From positions 544-64,543 of the forward strand of contig JALTFR010000032.1 of assembly GCA_027006785.1 (NCBI GenBank): a stretch of DNA of 64,000 nt, written 5' to 3'. This stretch comes from Thermoplasmata archaeon. Its GTDB lineage: Archaea > Thermoplasmatota > Thermoplasmata > WALJ01. A program made the position numbers and the translations under genes. Every line of letters starts with the position of its first letter. Position 1 is the stretch's first letter. The notes beneath the pieces were generated by a model. That model was not told the DNA's origin. It did not search any database and saw nothing but the letters and a program-made list of their open reading frames with translations. Shown in pieces: positions 18,313 through 27,965 of this stretch.

Positions 18313-19632
18313 ATGCTCGATATCAGGCTCATAAGGGAGAATCCAGACATCGTGAGGGAATCGCAGAGGCGCAGGAGAGCCGACATTTCAATAGTTGACA
18401 GGGTTCTCGAGTACGACAATCTGTGGAAGGATGCGTTAAAGAGGATAAACGAGCTCAGGGCCCTGCGCAACTCGAAGAGCCGCGAGATAGGCCAGATAAA
18501 GAAATCGGGTGGCGACATATCGCAGGTCACCGCTGAGATGAAGTCCATTTCATCTGAGATAAAGCAACTCGAGGTGAAGGTGGACGAGTACCTGTCGGAG
18601 AGGGACAGGCTGCTGAGGTCGATACCGAACCTTCTTGACCCTGATGTTCCGGACGGAGAGGATGAGGATGACAACCTTCCCATAAGGTTCTGGGGAAGGG
18701 CCAGGGTGAAGCCGGACGATATCGAGCATTTCAATGAGGAATCCCTTGGAAAGATGGAACACGAGGTGCTTTCATTCGAGGCGGTCAGCCATGTGGACAT
18801 TATGGAAGACAAAGGGCTGGCGGACATAGCGAGGGCCGCAAAGGTCTCGGCATCCAGATTCTACTACATGAAGGGAAAACTGACGATACTGGACCTCGCA
18901 CTGCAGCGCTTCGCACTGGACATGCTGATGAAGAAGGGGTATGCGCCCGTTCTCCCGCCATACATGCTCAGGAAGGAGGCTGAGGAGGGGGTGACGGACC
19001 TGAGCGCTTTCGAGGACACCATCTACAAGATTGAGGGAGAGGACCTCTATATGATACCGACATCAGAGCACCCTCTGGCCGCAATGTACATGAACGAGAT
19101 ACTGGAGCCCGACATGCTGCCCGTGAAGTACGCGGGGGTGAGCACCTGCTTCAGAAAGGAGGCGGGAGCGCACGGAAAGGACACGAAGGGCATATTCAGG
19201 GTGCACCAGTTCAACAAGGTGGAGCAGTTCGTGTTCTCGAAGCCGGAGGATTCAAAGGAGATCCATGAGGAACTGATAGCCAATGCGGAGGAGATATTCA
19301 AGGCCCTGGAGATACCGTACAGGATAGTGAATGTCTGCTCAGGTGACCTGGGGGCCGTGGCATCGAAGAAATACGACCTGGAGGCGTGGATGCCGGTGCA
19401 GGGGAAGTTCAGGGAGATGGTGTCTGCCAGCAATGTCCTTGAATATCAGGCGCGCAGGCTGAACATAAGGTACCGCGGAAAGGGAGAGAACATATTCGTT
19501 CACACGCTGAACAGCACTGCCATTGCCACCACGAGGGCCGCCGTAGCAATAATGGAGAACCACCAGACCGAGGACGGAAGGATAATCATACCGAAGGCGC
19601 TCCGCCCTTACACAGGGTTCGACGAGATATGA
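18313..19632 (+). CDS. serS: Seryl-tRNA synthetase (bacterial/eukaryal type)
   Basis: MLDIRLIRENPD, IPTSEHPL, FRKEAG, GIFRVHQFNK, HTLNSTA. Confidence 0.97.
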   Translation: MLDIRLIRENPDIVRESQRRRRADISIVDRVLEYDNLWKDALKRINELRALRNSKSREIGQIKKSGGDISQVTAEMKSISSEIKQLEVKVDEYLSERDRLLRSIPNLLDPDVPDGEDEDDNLPIRFWGRARVKPDDIEHFNEESLGKMEHEVLSFEAVSHVDIMEDKGLADIARAAKVSASRFYYMKGKLTILDLALQRFALDMLMKKGYAPVLPPYMLRKEAEEGVTDLSAFEDTIYKIEGEDLYMIPTSEHPLAAMYMNEILEPDMLPVKYAGVSTCFRKEAGAHGKDTKGIFRVHQFNKVEQFVFSKPEDSKEIHEELIANAEEIFKALEIPYRIVNVCSGDLGAVASKKYDLEAWMPVQGKFREMVSASNVLEYQARRLNIRYRGKGENIFVHTLNSTAIATTRAAVAIMENHQTEDGRIIIPKALRPYTGFDEI

Positions 19633-19781
19633 AAAACGGATAACAATGATTTTCAGGGAAAATTACTTATAGCGATGAATGGATATGGGCATGGTGAGAT
19701 ACTGAGAAATAAGGGAAAAGAGAGCAAGCAACCTGAGCAGGTGGATAGCATTTTGGCCCACACTTACCTTTAGGTGATAAA

Positions 19782-20423
19782 ATGAACTTAAGTGAAAAGA
19801 GGCTTAAAATTGCAATCCCGGCCATTGTCATGGCAATTCTGGTACTTGCAGCCCTGTTTTTCCCGTTCCAGGGAGATGAAAGCGAGGAATCAGAGATGCA
19901 CACGAGCTATGTCATAAAAACCATGGCCCCAGATGACGAGAGCTACACCCTTATACTGCCAATACCTGTGGATGAAAACGGAGACCCATTACCTCTGACA
20001 GAACAGCTTCACATAGAAGGAAACGGAAGTTTTGAAATACTCAATGAAAGCTATGGATGGGTGGTAAGAGTGGACGGGAGGGGCGATCTGGTTGTTAGTG
20101 GAGAGATGAACTATTTCAGTGAGCCGACCTTCCCAAGCATAGTGAATTCCACCGGGCCGCCAGTCCAGAATCCCAAGTATTCGTGGGAAGAGAAGATCCC
20201 AGGGTACTGGAACACCACGATATACTCCAGCAAAAGAGACATCCTTTTATCGATCTCATATTCTTCAAATAAAATCTGTGGATACGAGGCTGAAGGGATA
20301 AGCTGGGGGACATTCAAATGGAATGAAGAAGAAGGCAAATGGGACGATTCCATATATCTGAATGAAAACGGATGGGTGCCTTTGACCCTCAATGTAACGG
20401 AACTTCTGAGAAATGTGTATTAG
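19782..20423 (+). CDS. Hypothetical membrane-anchored or secreted protein
   Basis: N-terminal basic plus hydrophobic segment, then Trp/Asn-rich beta-type domain with several N-x-S/T sequons; SD GGTGA. Confidence 0.7.
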   Translation: MNLSEKRLKIAIPAIVMAILVLAALFFPFQGDESEESEMHTSYVIKTMAPDDESYTLILPIPVDENGDPLPLTEQLHIEGNGSFEILNESYGWVVRVDGRGDLVVSGEMNYFSEPTFPSIVNSTGPPVQNPKYSWEEKIPGYWNTTIYSSKRDILLSISYSSNKICGYEAEGISWGTFKWNEEEGKWDDSIYLNENGWVPLTLNVTELLRNVY

Positions 20424-20594
20424 CGGAACCGTTTTTATGCCAGCTCTGCCCCCACCTCCGGTTTCTCAGGAATGGAATGAGGGGATGGATGACCGATAAG
20501 GGCAGTAAGCGATGCTGAGGAAAAGAAGGAAATAAGACACCCCCGTCATTCTTATATTCCATTGCCCGCTCTTCCTTAAAGGAGCCGAAGAGAT

Positions 20595-20786
20595 ATGACC
20601 TGCAAATGGTATTGCTGCTGCCCTGTCCGGAGATTCACCGAGGAGGGAAAGATTGAGAGGAGATGGGTCGAGGAGTACTGCCTCGGGGACAGATGGAGGG
20701 AATGCGTAAGGTATCGGATGGAAGAGAACGGGGAGTACCACCCGGACAACATGCTTCCCGATGGCAGCATACGGGAAGGGCTGTAG
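20595..20786 (+). CDS. Small Cys-rich hypothetical protein
   Basis: CKWYCCCP...W...YC...W..CVRY.MEE.GEYHPDNMLPDG; SD GGAG; sits at the head of the ipk operon. Confidence 0.7.
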   Translation: MTCKWYCCCPVRRFTEEGKIERRWVEEYCLGDRWRECVRYRMEENGEYHPDNMLPDGSIREGL

Positions 20787-20821
20787 GGCAAACTAATAAA
20801 ACCAGAACCCTTTTTCCACCC

Positions 20822-21595
20822 ATGCAGATAATCAAGCTCGGAGGCAGCCTGATAACCGACAAGAAGAAGGCGAAAAGGCCGAGAAAAGGCGTTATGGAGC
20901 GTCTTGCGAATGAGATGGCGGCATCCGGGGAGAAGCTCATGGTCGTGCACGGCGCGGGCTCCTACGGGCACCACCTAGCGAAGGAAGGGAAATTGAACGA
21001 GGGATTCATCGGCGAGTGGCAGATGGAGTATCTCTCAAAGGTGCACAGGGACATGAGGGAACTGAACCTGATGGTGATGAACGCCATGATAGACGCCGGC
21101 CTGAACCCGATATCCATACCTCCTTCCAGCATAGCGGTGTACGAGGCAGGGAACCTCTCGCATTTTCCAACGCAGCTCTTCGAGATGTACTCACGCATGG
21201 GCCTGACCCCGCTCAGTTTCGGCGACATGGTGCCCGACACCAAAAGGCTGTTCTCAATATGCTCCGGAGACCATATCATGAGGGAACTGGCAGGGCTGGA
21301 AGGTGTCGAAAGGGCCATATTCGCAACCGATGTGGACGGCATCTACGACAGGCCGCCAACCGAGAAAGGAGCGGAGCTCCTTGAGGAGATATATCCTGAT
21401 AAGCAGGTTCTCACTGAGGTCATGTACACAGACACCACTGGCGGAATGGCGCAGAAGATAGCCGACGGCCTCGCTATCGCAAGGAAAGGCGTCGAGGTAC
21501 TGGTCATAAACGGGCTTTTCGAAGGAAGGCTGGAAAAGGCTATTAAGGGCGAGAGAGTACCGGGTACACGCATAAGGTGGAAGAAAGATGATTGA
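20822..21595 (+). CDS. ipk: Isopentenyl phosphate kinase
   Basis: IIKLGGSLITDK, VHGAGSYGHH, SGDHIM, TDVDGIY, DTTGGMAQKI; adjacent to fni. Confidence 0.93.
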   Translation: MQIIKLGGSLITDKKKAKRPRKGVMERLANEMAASGEKLMVVHGAGSYGHHLAKEGKLNEGFIGEWQMEYLSKVHRDMRELNLMVMNAMIDAGLNPISIPPSSIAVYEAGNLSHFPTQLFEMYSRMGLTPLSFGDMVPDTKRLFSICSGDHIMRELAGLEGVERAIFATDVDGIYDRPPTEKGAELLEEIYPDKQVLTEVMYTDTTGGMAQKIADGLAIARKGVEVLVINGLFEGRLEKAIKGERVPGTRIRWKKDD

Positions 21596-22643
21596 GAAGC
21601 GCAAGAACGAGCACATCGAGATATGCCTCGGAAGGAACACGAAGGCCCACCACAATCACTGGGATGACATAGATCTGGTTCACAGAGCGCTCCCCGAGGT
21701 GGATTTTGACAACATAGACCTCAGCACTGAACTGTTCGGTGTCGAACTCAAGGCACCGATCATCATATCCGCGATGACCGGGGGCACTGAACTTGGAAAG
21801 AGGATAAACGAGAACCTGGCGATAGCCGCGGAGAAACTGGGCATCGGCATGGGTGTGGGCAGCCAGAGGCCGTATCTCGTGGACAGGAGCCTTGGCGAGA
21901 CATACAGCATAGTGAAGGAGCACAGGGTCCCGCTCTTGCTGGGCAACATCGGAGCGCCTCAGTTGATAGACCAGAAGAGAAGCCCGGGGGTCACGAGAAA
22001 ACAGCTTGAGAAGCTCATGATAATGCTGGATGCGGACATCCTTGCGGTGCATCTCAATTTCCTTCAGGAAGCCGTTCAGCCCGAGGGTGACATGAGGGCA
22101 GAGGGAATCCTCTCCGCTATAAGCTCCCTTTCAAAGTCATTCCCTGTCATCGTTAAGGAAACCGGCGCAGGCATATCCCGCGGAATGGCCCTGAAGCTCA
22201 AGAGGGCAGGTGTCATGGGAATAGATGTGGGCGGCATGGGCGGAACATCCTTCGCTGCGGTTGAGAAGTACAGGGCAGAGGCCAGAGGCGACAGGAGAAA
22301 GGCGGAGCTCGGTGAGATATTCTGGGACTGGGGAATACCCACGCCTGCGTCCGTTCTTGAGGCATCGGTTGGAATACCGGTTATCGCAACGGGCGGAATA
22401 AGGAACGGACTGGACGCTGCAAAGGCCCTGTCTCTGGGGGCGAGCGCTGTGGGCATCGCCGGGGAACTTCTGAAGCCTGCCACGGAATCGCCCGAGGCGG
22501 TCATTGAGAAACTGGAGGGCATAATACATCAACTGAAGGTGGCCATGTTCCTTGTGGGCGCTCGGAATGTCTACACCATGAAGAACACGAGGGTGATAGT
22601 CCACGGAAGGCTGAGGGACTGGTTCGAGCAGGTGGAGGTCTGA
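21588..22643 (+). CDS. fni: Type 2 isopentenyl-diphosphate isomerase
   Basis: RKNEHIEIC, SAMTGG, GSQR, HLNFLQE, VKETGAG, GGTSFAAVE. Confidence 0.97.
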   Translation: MIEKRKNEHIEICLGRNTKAHHNHWDDIDLVHRALPEVDFDNIDLSTELFGVELKAPIIISAMTGGTELGKRINENLAIAAEKLGIGMGVGSQRPYLVDRSLGETYSIVKEHRVPLLLGNIGAPQLIDQKRSPGVTRKQLEKLMIMLDADILAVHLNFLQEAVQPEGDMRAEGILSAISSLSKSFPVIVKETGAGISRGMALKLKRAGVMGIDVGGMGGTSFAAVEKYRAEARGDRRKAELGEIFWDWGIPTPASVLEASVGIPVIATGGIRNGLDAAKALSLGASAVGIAGELLKPATESPEAVIEKLEGIIHQLKVAMFLVGARNVYTMKNTRVIVHGRLRDWFEQVEV

Positions 22644-22645
22644 GC

Positions 22646-23797
22646 ATGGAGATGGTCTGTCCGAAGTGCGGCTCACAGATGGAGCCCATGGAGAAGAGCG
22701 ATATACTTGGCGTACACACATGGTATCATTGCCCGAAGTGTGACGAGAGACACCACATATTCGAAGGAGTTCTCAAGAAGTACAGGGAACCGATATGGAA
22801 GGAGATAGAATCGTATTTCTACGGGGATTTCAAAGCAGTATCAGATCTAAGGAACGAGGAAGTGGAGAAACTGCACTGGGAGATGGTCACCGACTACCCG
22901 AAGAGAAAGGGAAAATACACGAGGCCAACACTTCTGGCTCTCACTGCCGGGGCCATGGGAGTTCCGCTTGAGAAGAGCATAAAGACCGCCGCTGCCATGC
23001 AGACATCCGAGGACTGGATACTGATACACGACGACTGGCAGGACGGCTCAACGATGAGAAGGGGGAAGCCCGCCCTTCACCTGATATACGGGCCCGAACT
23101 TGCGATAAACGCAGGGGATTCCCTTCACATAATCATGTGGAGGATGCTAAGGGACAACTTAGATATTCTGGACCGTGATGTCGCGCTCCGCATAATTGAC
23201 GAGTTCTACGACATGATGCAGAGGACCACTCTCGGGCAGACAGCGGAGATGCTCTGGATACAGGAAAAGAGGTATGATTTGAAGGAAGAGGATGCGTACT
23301 ACATCATAGACGGAAAGACCTCATATTACAGCCTCGCAGGGCCCATGAGGCTCGGGGCCATACTCGCAGGGGCCGATGAAGACACTCTGGACGTGCTCTC
23401 CGAGTTCGGCACCTATCTCGGAAGGGCGTTTCAGATAAGGGACGACCTTCTTGACCTGAAGACCGATTTCAGAGGTCTAAAGGAAAGAGGAGGCGACATA
23501 AGGGAGGGCAAGAGGTCCCTTATGCTCATACACCTCCTGAACCACGCCAGCGAGGATGACAGGCAGGCTGTGATATCCATACTTGAGAAACCGAGGGATA
23601 AAATAGGAAAGGAGGATATAGACACCGTCATAGGCCTTATGGAAAGATACGGCTCCCTGGAGCACGGAGAGAGCGAAGCTAGGAAATGGGCTGAGAAGGC
23701 CCTCCACACCCTTAGAACAAAGATGGACTTCCTTAAAGGAGATGAGAGAGAGGCGATAGAATGGGCCGTGGACTTTATGCTCACACGGGATTTCTGA
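22646..23797 (+). CDS. Polyprenyl diphosphate synthase with N-terminal zinc ribbon
   Basis: LIHDDWQD..MRRG (FARM), GQTAE, DGKTS, FQIRDDLLD (SARM), EGKRS; N-terminal CPKC-x20-CPKC. Confidence 0.9.
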   Translation: MEMVCPKCGSQMEPMEKSDILGVHTWYHCPKCDERHHIFEGVLKKYREPIWKEIESYFYGDFKAVSDLRNEEVEKLHWEMVTDYPKRKGKYTRPTLLALTAGAMGVPLEKSIKTAAAMQTSEDWILIHDDWQDGSTMRRGKPALHLIYGPELAINAGDSLHIIMWRMLRDNLDILDRDVALRIIDEFYDMMQRTTLGQTAEMLWIQEKRYDLKEEDAYYIIDGKTSYYSLAGPMRLGAILAGADEDTLDVLSEFGTYLGRAFQIRDDLLDLKTDFRGLKERGGDIREGKRSLMLIHLLNHASEDDRQAVISILEKPRDKIGKEDIDTVIGLMERYGSLEHGESEARKWAEKALHTLRTKMDFLKGDEREAIEWAVDFMLTRDF

Positions 23798-23806
23798 GGA
23801 GGGCAC

Positions 23807-24754
23807 ATGCCTAAGCCAGCATACAGGCCTGCCATCATAATGGCCATGACTTTCCTCATTGCTCAATTCCTTGCGCTCCTGATAATTCCGCTTTATCCCC
23901 AGGAATACAGGGCCTTCGGAGACCCGAACAATGTTATGAACCCGATATACTACGTCCTCCTGGTACTCGTAACCACGGCTATAATGCTATTTTTCGCAAA
24001 GAAGGGCATGGATATATTGATTCAGTACTTTATGATAGCCTCCGTGTGGGGAACCGTGGTTTTCGTGCTTTATCCTGTGATATACACGCTTATCCCGCTG
24101 GTGCCCTTTATGATGCTCGGTTTCATAGACATACCCCTGATAGTCTCCATAATAGTGGCAACTCTCATATCCGGAGCACTCTACATAAAGCCGGAATGGT
24201 ATGTGATAGACATAGCCGGAGTTGTTATGGGTTCAGGCATAATTGCAGTGCTCGGCCTATCATTCGGCATACTTCCCACCATAGTACTTCTTATCATCAT
24301 GGCTGTCTATGACTTCATATCGGTCTACCGCACGAAGCACATGCTTGACCTTGCCGATGCGGTGCTTGAAACCAAACTGCCCATCGTTATGGTTGCCCCC
24401 AAGGAAAGGAACTACTCATTCGTCGAGGACACTATAAAGATAAAGAAGGAGGACAGGGGCGCGGGAGGCGAAAGGGAAGCGATGTTCATGGGCCTTGGTG
24501 ACATAATCATACCCGGAATCCTGCCGGCATCCATATTCCTCAACTCAGGGGCGCCCCACGACATCGCATTCGGAATCGCTACATTCTCGATAATTGGCGC
24601 TTTCATGGGCTACCTACTTCTCCTTCACTTCGTGTTCAAGGGAAAGGCGCATGCAGGCCTCCCTCCGCTGAACACCGGTGCGATACTCGGATACATGATA
24701 GGGGCGTTCATCCTGACCGGGAACCCGATATTCGGAATTGCGTTCGGGTGGTGA
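23807..24754 (+). CDS. Presenilin-family intramembrane aspartyl protease (PSH)
   Basis: AVYDFISV, MGLGDII, AGLPPLN; multiple TM helices. Confidence 0.93.
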   Translation: MPKPAYRPAIIMAMTFLIAQFLALLIIPLYPQEYRAFGDPNNVMNPIYYVLLVLVTTAIMLFFAKKGMDILIQYFMIASVWGTVVFVLYPVIYTLIPLVPFMMLGFIDIPLIVSIIVATLISGALYIKPEWYVIDIAGVVMGSGIIAVLGLSFGILPTIVLLIIMAVYDFISVYRTKHMLDLADAVLETKLPIVMVAPKERNYSFVEDTIKIKKEDRGAGGEREAMFMGLGDIIIPGILPASIFLNSGAPHDIAFGIATFSIIGAFMGYLLLLHFVFKGKAHAGLPPLNTGAILGYMIGAFILTGNPIFGIAFGW

Positions 24755-24755
24755 G

Positions 24756-25385
24756 ATGAGGGACAAGGTCGAGAAGAGATACGACAGGTTCAGCAGCTTC
24801 TATGATTTTCTCGATACCTTTCCGGGTCTCGGTTCCGCAGAAGAAAAGTGGAGAAGACAGGCCATAGATATGCTGCGAATAGAGAGGGGCTCCATTGTGG
24901 TGGACATAGCTACCGGAACAGGGCTGATCCTACCATGGATAGCGGAGAAAAGGCCGAAGACGGTCATCGGCATAGACATATCCAGAAACATGCTGCTCAA
25001 GGCTAAGAAGAGGATGGAGGGTATGGGGGAGCACATGATAATCAGAGGGGATGTCGAAGCGCTCCCGTTCAGGGATGACAGCATAGACAGGGTGATAAGC
25101 ACCTTTTCCCTGACAACCATTCCTGGATATGAGAAGGCCATAGACGAGATGCTCAGGGTGATGTCCATACACGGAAGAGGGGTGATAATGGACACCGGAA
25201 GACCGAAGAAGGCATGGGCGAAGGTGATGCACGGCCTGATAACTCCGGTTGCAAAGCTCTTCGGAAGGACGCACTTCGACAGGGATATTGAGGGAGCTCT
25301 CCGCAGCAGGGCAAAGATAATAGAGAGAAGCGAGTTCTACGGTGGAATGGTGTATGCCCTCGTTTTCGAGAAGGTGAGAGATTGA
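24756..25385 (+). CDS. Class I SAM methyltransferase (UbiE/MenG-like)
   Basis: VVDIATGTG, GIDISRNML, GDVEALPF. Confidence 0.85.
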   Translation: MRDKVEKRYDRFSSFYDFLDTFPGLGSAEEKWRRQAIDMLRIERGSIVVDIATGTGLILPWIAEKRPKTVIGIDISRNMLLKAKKRMEGMGEHMIIRGDVEALPFRDDSIDRVISTFSLTTIPGYEKAIDEMLRVMSIHGRGVIMDTGRPKKAWAKVMHGLITPVAKLFGRTHFDRDIEGALRSRAKIIERSEFYGGMVYALVFEKVRD

Positions 25386-26392
25386 ACCTGCAGGAACTGG
25401 TCAGGTCGCTGAGGCCTGAGAGCCCAAGGGAATTCGATGAAACGAAGCCCATCGCAATGTGGACCGAGAAGGACACATCGAAGGGAGAGATAGTGGACGC
25501 CTTCGTCCTGATACTTCGTACAAGGGGCTGTTACTGGGCGCTCAACTCGGGATGCACCATGTGCGGGTACATCAACGATGCAAGGATGGAACCGGTCTCC
25601 GATGAGAACATGGAGATCCAGCTTGAAAAGGCACTTAAAAGGTACAGGGGAGAGAAGGTGGTAAAGATATTCACATCTGGCAGTTTCCTTGACCCGAACG
25701 AGATATCACCAGAGATGCAGGTGAGGATAGCCCGAGCGTTCAAGGATGCAGAGCGCTTCATCGTGGAATCGCTGCCAGAATTCGTCACTGAAAAGATACT
25801 CGAACCCGTGGTGCAGGACAATCTTGAGATAGCCATAGGGCTGGAGAGCGCATCCGACGAGGTTCTGGAAAGGAATGTGAACAAGTCATTCAGGGTGAAG
25901 GACTACATTCGGGCAGCAGAACTGATGAGTGAGATTGGAATAGCGTTGAAGACATACCTTCTCCTGAAGCCTCCCTTCATGACCGAAAATGAGGCCATTG
26001 AGGACGCGGAGCGCTCTGTCCTGTTCGCTGCGAAGTACTCATCCGAGATATCCCTGAACCCGATAAACATACAGTCGCACACCCTTGTGAACCGATTGTG
26101 GAAAAGGGGGGAGTACAGGCCGCCGTGGCTCTGGTCGGTCATAGAGGTCATAAAGGCAACGAAGCCGGAGATAGGCGATGTCCGTCTCGTCTCATGGCCA
26201 ACGGCCGGAGGGCTTCAGAGGGGAGCGCACAACTGCGGGAAATGCGATAAAGACGTCTTGAAGGCAATAGAGGAATTCTCGCTCACGCAGGACCTTTCGG
26301 TCTTCGACGGGCTTTCATGCTCCTGCATTGATGAATGGAAGGATGTTCTGCAAACCGGAGATTCCCTGGGATTCGAGTGGAGAATTGACTAG
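25382..26392 (+). CDS. Archaeosine biosynthesis radical SAM protein RaSEA
   Basis: LRTRGCYW....GCTMCGY, FTSGSFLD, AIGLES, YLLLKP, YRPPWLWS, GAHNCGKC. Confidence 0.9.
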   Translation: MNLQELVRSLRPESPREFDETKPIAMWTEKDTSKGEIVDAFVLILRTRGCYWALNSGCTMCGYINDARMEPVSDENMEIQLEKALKRYRGEKVVKIFTSGSFLDPNEISPEMQVRIARAFKDAERFIVESLPEFVTEKILEPVVQDNLEIAIGLESASDEVLERNVNKSFRVKDYIRAAELMSEIGIALKTYLLLKPPFMTENEAIEDAERSVLFAAKYSSEISLNPINIQSHTLVNRLWKRGEYRPPWLWSVIEVIKATKPEIGDVRLVSWPTAGGLQRGAHNCGKCDKDVLKAIEEFSLTQDLSVFDGLSCSCIDEWKDVLQTGDSLGFEWRID

Positions 26393-27171
26393 ACCCATTC
26401 CGCCAGCTGCTCTGCCTTCGTGAAGACCTTCTTTCTCATGAGATATATGGTGAGCGCCGCCGTTATCATGCCTCCGCCAGTTATCATGAAGTAGATTATC
26501 ATCTGGTACTCCGCTGCGACCAGCGGGTCAGTGCCTGCCATTATGAGGCCTGTCATCGCTCCCGGGATGAAGATTATTCCAAGGGTCTTAAGGCGGTCTA
26601 TGGTCGGCATTATCGCGGCCTTTATCGCCTGCTTCCCGAACTCATCCATCGCTATTTCCGATGGTATCCCGAGGGAGAGAGCGCTCTCCACCCGGTCCTT
26701 TCCGAGCCTTATCTCACGCAGAAACCTCTCGCTCGTAAGTGAGCATATAGTCATGGAGTTCCCGAATACCATGCCTGAAAGAGGGATGATGAACTGGGGA
26801 CTCATCGGCATCGCACCGGACAATGCCAGAACGACTATCACCACAACGGAGCCCGTGAGTATGGCCGGCGTTGTTACAGAGCCGGCATCAGGCATTCCAG
26901 ACGCCCTTTTAGCGGATGTCCTTCCTGCCACGAGCACCATTCCGATGAGCAGTATCCATATCAGAAGGTACCAGTAAGGTGAGGAGAATATGTATGTGAG
27001 GAAAAGGGCGAGGAGGAATATCTGCACACCTCCTTTGAGGAGCGCATACAGGTACTCTTTTTCAGTTCCAAGCCTCTTCATTCTCATGAGCGCAACCGCA
27101 ACGACTATCAGAACACCCGCCATTGCCATAGTTAAAAGGGCCTGCTCCGGCGTGTAGGGTATCCCGCTCAA
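26389..27171 (-). CDS. fetB: FetB/YbbM-like ABC permease
   Basis: QFIIPLSGMVFGNSM, IFIPGAMTGLIMAG.DPL.AA.YQ; start uncertain (TTG 27171 or 27186). Confidence 0.88.
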   Translation of the reverse strand: MSGIPYTPEQALLTMAMAGVLIVVAVALMRMKRLGTEKEYLYALLKGGVQIFLLALFLTYIFSSPYWYLLIWILLIGMVLVAGRTSAKRASGMPDAGSVTTPAILTGSVVVIVVLALSGAMPMSPQFIIPLSGMVFGNSMTICSLTSERFLREIRLGKDRVESALSLGIPSEIAMDEFGKQAIKAAIMPTIDRLKTLGIIFIPGAMTGLIMAGTDPLVAAEYQMIIYFMITGGGMITAALTIYLMRKKVFTKAEQLAEWV

Positions 27172-27860
27172 TAGACCCCCTCCCATTCGAACCCGTCCTT
27201 CTTTCCCACTTTCACCACCTTTCCGTCCTTTATGGATGCTATCCTGTTCCCGACCCGGAGCGCCTGCTCTGTGTCATGGGTGACCCATATCACCGTGAGC
27301 CTCCGTTTTTTCACCATATCCAGTATGCTTCTTTCGATGAGTTCCACCTTCTTCGGGTCAACGCCTGCCGTCGGCTCGTCGAGAAGCAATGCCTCCGGCC
27401 TGAGTGCTATGGCGCGGGCAAGAGCTACCCTCTTTTTCTCTCCTCCTGAGAGCTTTTCGGCATCCCTGTGAAAGAGTTCCTCGGGGACTCCAGAATCCCT
27501 CAGGGCATTCACGACCCTCTTCTCACCCTCTATTCCCGCGATTTTCAGAGGCGTCATAACATTCTCCATGACCGTTCCGGGAAACATCACGCTGTTCTGT
27601 GGCATCAGGACGACACGGCGCCTGAGCTCAACAGGGTCAATTTTCCGTATGTCCTTTCCATCAACCCTTATCTCTCCCGAATCTATGTCTATAAGCCGGT
27701 TTATGCACCTGAGCAGTGTGGATTTTCCAGAGCCAGAGGGACCGACAAGGGAGAGTATCTCGCCTCTGCGCACTGTCAGGTCTATCCCCCTGAGTATCTC
27801 CTTCTTTCCGTAGGATTTCTTCACGCCTTTCAGGCCTATGTGTATGTCCGAGGGATTCAT
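27168..27860 (-). CDS. fetA: FetA-like ABC ATP-binding protein
   Basis: GPSGSGKST, LSGGEKKR, LLDEPT; upstream of fetB. Confidence 0.85.
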   Translation of the reverse strand: MNPSDIHIGLKGVKKSYGKKEILRGIDLTVRRGEILSLVGPSGSGKSTLLRCINRLIDIDSGEIRVDGKDIRKIDPVELRRRVVLMPQNSVMFPGTVMENVMTPLKIAGIEGEKRVVNALRDSGVPEELFHRDAEKLSGGEKKRVALARAIALRPEALLLDEPTAGVDPKKVELIERSILDMVKKRRLTVIWVTHDTEQALRVGNRIASIKDGKVVKVGKKDGFEWEGVY

Positions 27861-27965
27861 GGGTGTGCAGCGCAGTGGGATTAAAAGATATGCGTCACAC
27901 TTTCACCCACCCCTCCTCCATCCTTAAATGTCTGCATACTGTAAGGTCATTTCCAAGGTGATGGA

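Noticed and set aside
20485-20520. Possible C/D box sRNA (TGGATGA...CTGA)
   Set aside because: Box C is imperfect, no C'/D' boxes or terminal stem, and too short for two guides
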